In this document: piece after piece, positions 58,904-64,000 of the stretch | Layout of the letters: every line of letters starts with the position of its first letter | Position numbering within the stretch: position 1 is the stretch's first letter | Source: Scophthalmus maximus | Taxonomy: Eukaryota | Assembly: GCF_022379125.1 (NCBI RefSeq) | Contig: NC_061519.1 | Location: 24,047,101-24,111,100, forward strand | Reading direction: 5' to 3' | Length of the DNA stretch: 64,000 nucleotides | Program-made: the position numbers and the translations under genes | The notes under the pieces: generated by a model | Seen by the model: the letters and a program-made list of their open reading frames with translations, nothing else | Databases searched by the model: none | Told to the model about the DNA's origin: nothing

Positions 58904-59347
58904 TCGTGAAGGATTTGTAGCTTAAGTTTATTAAGTTTCGACTATTGTGTGTTTTCCGAAGGCTGCGGCAAAAACATCCCCTTTTCACCCTTTTTTGACC
59001 TTTTTCAGACCAAAAGAAATCCCAAATATTCAGCATTTTCCCTGAATCTCTGAGCTGCTGATGACACACACACACACACACACCCCTGATTGATTTGTAA
59101 GGGGCTTTTTTTCGAGGCAGACTGACTCACGGAGAGTGAAACTTGACACAGCTCCTGAGTGGAGCTTGTCGGTGATAGTAGAAGAAAAATGATGAAATCA
59201 GCGTCGTCACAAGTGACACAAGGCAAATAAAAAAAAACAAGGGATAGTAACTGTCCCCAATGAAGCCTGACAGCTGATGTTCTAGGTTCTTGCAGCGGTT
59301 CATTCATTGACAGTGGGGGTGGGTGTGCCGCCTGCCGCACCCTGCTC

Positions 59348-59350
59348 CCA

Positions 59351-59407
<57 letters not shown>

Positions 59408-59435
59408 ACACACACACACACCACACCACACCACA

Positions 59436-59468
<33 letters not shown>

Positions 59469-59470
59469 AC
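59348..59470. repeat. long interrupted (CA)n microsatellite, about 120 bp
   Basis: read directly; it generates the His/Thr-rich spurious ORFs 59307..59498 and 59323..59565. Confidence 0.9.
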
Positions 59471-60427
59471 ACCACCACACCAAACTGCAGCTTTCTAAAC
59501 ACAAACTGACACAAACACAATTTTGTCGACGACACCAACTTGTGAAAACACCACGCAGTTGTTGAGTGTCTCAGACTTACACACCACGGAAATATTATTG
59601 TAGAGCATACTTTTGTAATATTATTATCATTATAAAAGCATAATAAAGTTGCTATAAACTCACTTAGGAGCAACTTTTGGAAGTTTTTCTCCAACTCTCA
59701 TCTCCTTTTTCTTATTTTTTTATTATAGGCACCTTCTCAACGATGTCAGAAGAAATGCTCTTTTTTCCAACATGTAAAAAAACGATAAACCCTCTCTCGC
59801 TGCTGAGGGAATGACTTCTGATGCTATCACTCGTTTCCCCCCAGCAGCTGCGCAGGTACAAGCAAGATGCAACAAGTTGCCGCGGAGGACATTTTCCTTG
59901 CACAAGCAGACAGAAGCTCCCAATATAAGAGCCGCAGGAGCACCACAGTTCATCCGGAACCATCCACCGGTCTGGTTACCTTGTGAGTGTCTCTTTGCCC
60001 GCAGCTGCTGTCTGTTCTCCGGGACGTCCAGCGGCAGAGAGTCGTAGGTTTGCGTCTCCTCAGCTCACTGACTGGATTAACTACAGCAGCTCGGAGGAGC
60101 GGCTCCCCGCCCAGCAAACCAAATTAGGCATCAAATGTCTGCACCGTTATGTCGGACTTCCCTTACTCCTCCTCCTCCTCCCTGCTACTACACCCCCGGT
60201 GTGTAGTGCTGTGCTGCAGATGATCATCACTCTTTCACAATCTTCTTTATGGATTGTATACACGTTCACCGTGTGGCAGGAAGGGAACTTTCATGAATCT
60301 GAAGTTAACGTCGTTATTTTAATAAATCTGTCCTGTGTGTGAAGAACCACACAAGAGGACTTTATCTTTATGAATGAACATATGGAGTTAACTTTATCTT
60401 GGTGATGGAACAGTAAAGTTGATAGTA

Positions 60428-60776
60428 CAGAGCTGCAACTGATAATCGATTGATCGCTTAGTGATCGATTACTAAATTGTCGCCAACTGTTTTGATAATC
60501 GATTAATCGGTTCAAGTTCTAGTTTTATGAAGAAAAAAAGGCAATATTTTGTGATTTCATCTTCTTAAATGTGAATATTTTCTGGTTTCTTTGCTGCTCT
60601 GTGACAGTAAAACTAAATATCTTTGGTGTGTGGACAAGACGAAACATCATCGTGGAATTTTGGGAAACATGATCAACATTTTTCACCATTTAATGGACCA
60701 AACAGCTAATCGATTAATCGAGAAAATAATCGACAGATTAATCGATTATTAAAAGAATCGTTAGTTGCAGCCCTAG
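60428..60776. mobile_element. MITE family B copy 2
   Basis: cagagctgcaactgataatcgattgatcg ... aatcgttagttgcagccctag; about 85 percent identical to copy 1. Confidence 0.6.
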
Positions 60777-62048
60777 CTAATAGTCAGGGCCGGCTCCTGT
60801 GAGGAGCGTGTGCCAAGATTATTTGTATATGTTACTTGGCAACCGCAGCGGTTGCCCCTGACAACCATATTTATTGACTGAGAGTTGTAAAGTGACATGT
60901 TTCCTGGCTGTTACAAAAGAAAAAACCCCCAACCAACTGAAACTTGTCAAGGGAGAGAAATTTGCTTTCACATGCACATTCTTACAAGATTGCTTTCATT
61001 TGTTTAAACTGCTCAAGTTTCATTCCACCATTACAATCTAAGGGTGGGCTATACTGCCACAGACTGGACTGGTACACTGTGTGTGTTTGTGTCAAAAAAA
61101 AGAAAGAACAAGATTCTATTCTATTCTATTATCGAGCATGTGTTAGTAAAAACGTTACTTAAAATCATAATGTATTTGAGACAATAATTCATAAGTATGA
61201 ATGGTTTAGCATCTCAATGGTTTTTAGTCTCAAAAAACAGTTTATGCACTGTATTAATTTTAGTAAAGGAAGAAGGACAAACAAAGAGAAAATACTAATA
61301 TTCAAAGTAAAAGTCCTGTATTCATAATTATGAGTAAAAAAAAAATGGACATAAACCCTGAGCATAAATGAAATAGATGAAAACAGACCTCAAACTAAAA
61401 TATAAGATGTGGAAAACACTTTCAAATCCCCATATTTAGCATTTATATGTTAAAAAAAATTAAAATGCTCATAACACATTATAATATAGTTGTAGGCAGC
61501 TATGGGGATATTTGTAAAGAGTTTATTAATGCTATCCCATGGAGACACGTATATTTGATATTATTACACGTTCCAGCTCAATAGGAGCTATAGTTGTGGA
61601 CTATGAACATTTCAGGTTGTGTTCAGGTTGAGTGGGACACTACAGCTTGTGGACGGCTCGCTGTGTGTGAGTGTTGACCGCCACTCACAACAACTGCTCT
61701 TGTGTTATTGCTAAATGCCCTGTGGACCATATACAGACTGGACTGGTGAAAAGTAGCAGCTGTGCTATTAGTTTAAAAACTGTCTCAGCCCAGAAACAAT
61801 TCATAGTTGAGCAGCATTCATGTTCAGAAGTGATTCAGAAGGAAAACAATAACCTAAATTCTGAGTCCCTATAGCAACGAGTCAATGAATCAAAACACAA
61901 AGAGAGTAATGATGATATGACTAAGGCAAAGTATGTGAAAGTACAGTGGTAGTTCATGTTTGTATTATTTATACTTTAGGATATGACATGCATGCTGCCA
62001 GGATGAGGAAAACGAGAAGTGAAAGAGTAGATGGGAAAAAATTACAGA

Positions 62049-62051
<3 letters not shown>

Positions 62052-62100
<49 letters not shown>
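62052..62100. repeat. (TA)24 microsatellite
   Basis: read directly. Confidence 0.9.
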
Positions 62101-62104
<4 letters not shown>

Positions 62105-62915
62105 TGTAAACGCTGAAGTAGAGTGTTATCAAGTCTTATATCATAATTAAGAAATCAGCAGCTGGTTGAATGTTATTCTAGTGACTGTCTACTGTCTTTT
62201 TGTGTAGTTTTTACCACTGCCACCAGATGTCGCCAGTCGCGAACACTCTAACAACATCAGAAGTGTTCTCCTGTTCAGTTGACATTTCCCCAAAAATTTG
62301 CAGTAAAGTTTGGGATAATTTGATAGATTATTTTGTCCCCAGTAAAATTAAAGAGAGTCCTTTTAAAATATTACACTATCCATACAATACATTTTCTCAT
62401 ATATTTTAAACTTGTACTCATCCAAGTAAATGTTGGACTCAAATCTCTTTATTAGTCTGGGAAACATATAAACTCTTGGTCCTCATCAAGGACGATTTGG
62501 TTTTATATTTTTAAGTCGAGTCTGACTAATTAAGTTAATAACGAGATATAATTGCTGATATAACCTCCTAAGAAATGTTATGGAAAACATTGCTTGATAG
62601 ATGAGTTATTCTTTTTTTCTTCTTTTGCCTTATTGATATCTGTAAACATAATTTCTGCATGTATTGTTTGGGGGCATAATGTAAGTGTATATATATATAT
62701 ATATATATTTAAATAATAAGTTAAATAAATATTCTAGCAAAATTCTTCATTCACAAATGTAAATTTTAGGAAAACAAACATTAATTTTTTTCCTTAAAGA
62801 TGTGGAACAATATTTAAAACTATTAATCTATCTGATTACAAAAAGTCATCTTTAAACCAGTGCTGTTGTTTTTTATTGATTATTATTATCATTATTATTA
62901 TTTTTGTCTCGATCC

Positions 62916-62916
<1 letters not shown>

Positions 62917-62950
<34 letters not shown>
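62917..62950. repeat. (GT)17 microsatellite
   Basis: read directly. Confidence 0.9.
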
Positions 62951-62955
<5 letters not shown>

Positions 62956-63228
62956 CGTATATGATTATGATACATCCATGGTCTCAATAGGAGGTTCAAT
63001 TTTCATTATCTTTGAGGTTTTTTTTATCTATGTATATTATTTTATTATAATTTTACAACTGATCGTTTGTAATACTGTGGGAATTTTGAGCCATATTGTT
63101 TGTATATGGATTTTGTTAAATTAAAATTAAAGACTTACATTGGCGGCGCCATTTTGGTCATTACGCTAAAAGGATTTCGTCAGCAGCGGTGCTTCCATTG
63201 CACACTCTTCTGTCAGTCATCTGTTAAA

Positions 63229-63354
63229 CCCGCCCCATTTCATAAGAAAACGGTTGTGATTGGCTCAACCAGTTTCTGTGGGGACGAATGGGAGCAGCAG
63301 AAACCAGCGGTACAGTCACCGAGAGCGAATAATAAACCCGAGCTCTCCGATTGG
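63229..63354 (+). promoter_or_regulatory. TATA-less promoter: GC box (cccgcccc, 63229-63236) and two inverted CCAAT boxes (gattgg at 63258-63263 and 63349-63354)
   Basis: Motifs read directly, 100-230 bp upstream of ATG 63455. Confidence 0.5.
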
Positions 63355-63454
63355 TCCGGTCGGTTTCCACCACCGAGTGCCGAGTTTCCGCGACATTTTT
63401 CGTCAGTTTACGGAAAAAGCTGCTCAGCCGCTCAGCTGATCGGAGGAGAACATC

Positions 63455-63518
63455 ATGGCGTCGGGAACAGGAGAGTCGTCCTCTGGACACGACGCAGACT
63501 TGGACGAGTTGTTGGACA
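63455..63518 (+). CDS. first coding exon of a gene continuing beyond the window; possibly pex19-like
   Basis: Translation MASGTGESSSGHDADLDELLD; donor ACA|GTAAGT. The acidic ADLDELLD(S) resembles the PEX19 N-terminus (ADRELEELLES-ALDDFDK). Only 21 residues are available. Confidence 0.5.
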
Positions 63519-63830
63519 GTAAGTCCTCACATGAACTCCACATGTCGCCGACATTAGCAACGGGTTGTTCTGGGTCTAACAGGGCCTCTGTGTGGCACCG
63601 GGACCCCCGCCTCCCTCTCGGTGTGGTTAGCTTGTGTGCTCGCACGTTCAGCCAAGCGGTTCGAACACAACATGTGTCTTTGCCCTTGAATCAATTTAAA
63701 TGGGAGATGGTTCGATACACAGTTTGTCTGATGTAATAAAAACCAGACGATCCTTTCTGCACGTTGCTGCAACATGATGCAGTCGCCATGTGGCTGCGAG
63801 CAGCGGTGGAGGACGTAGTGATGCAACGGT

Positions 63831-64000
63831 TAACCGATTAATCGACCAACTAAATCAATCGCCAAGTATTTTGATTATCGATTAATCGTTTTTTTGGATT
63901 TTTATATATAGAAACGTTTTTTTCTTTTTGTGTCTTTGCTCCTCTATGAGAGTAAAACCAAATCTCTTTGTTGTGTGCGGACAAAACAAAACATCATCTT
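63831..64000. mobile_element. MITE family B copy 3 (5'-truncated; runs off the window end)
   Basis: atgcaacggttaaccgattaatcgaccaactaaatcaatcgccaagtattttgattatcgattaatcg... Confidence 0.5.

Noticed and set aside
1-64000. Novel defence-system-like or operon-like locus, CRISPR array, or other prokaryote-style system
   Set aside because: The sequence is clearly eukaryotic (GT-AG introns, CpG islands, poly(A) signals, microsatellites, MITE/SINE/LINE debris). There are no direct-repeat/spacer arrays or co-oriented tightly packed ORF clusters. Every gene found is a known vertebrate gene.

Overview
This window is vertebrate nuclear DNA, almost certainly from a teleost fish; it is not prokaryotic. 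Genes are split by GT-AG introns and start at CpG-island or CCAAT/GC-box promoters. There are many (CA)n, (GA)n and (TA)n microsatellites, long poly-C/poly-G runs, and fish-type transposon debris (MITE, SINE and LINE fragments). By translating exon-sized ORF segments and reading splice sites directly, I recognise seven protein-coding loci. parp2 lies on the minus strand, has 11 coding exons in the window and continues 3' past position 1. mettl17 lies on the plus strand with 14 coding exons; it appears complete and sits head-to-head with parp2. sdr39u1 is on the minus strand with 6 coding exons, including a 16-nt first coding exon. An ltb4r-like leukotriene B4 GPCR is on the minus strand with 3 coding exons. 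nfatc4 is on the plus strand with 13 coding exons spanning about 14 kb. A myadm-like double-MARVEL gene on the minus strand is intronless. The first coding exon of a possibly pex19-like gene on the plus strand sits at the window end. Gene content and order match the human 14q11.2-q12 neighbourhood (PARP2, METTL17, SDR39U1, LTB4R, NFATC4). There is no CRISPR array, no operon-like or defence-island-like architecture, and I see no evidence of an undescribed biological system. The unusual observations are structural: a parp2/mettl17 bidirectional promoter where human has PARP2/RPPH1; introns inside the ltb4r CDS; a 32-nt poly-C run serving as a polypyrimidine tract; a 450-bp purine-only tract upstream of nfatc4; and several interspersed-repeat families, one carrying a tRNA-like module. 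Splice junctions were read by eye and may be off by 1-2 nt. Many of the supplied six-frame ORFs are alternative-frame or low-complexity artefacts and are listed as rejected.
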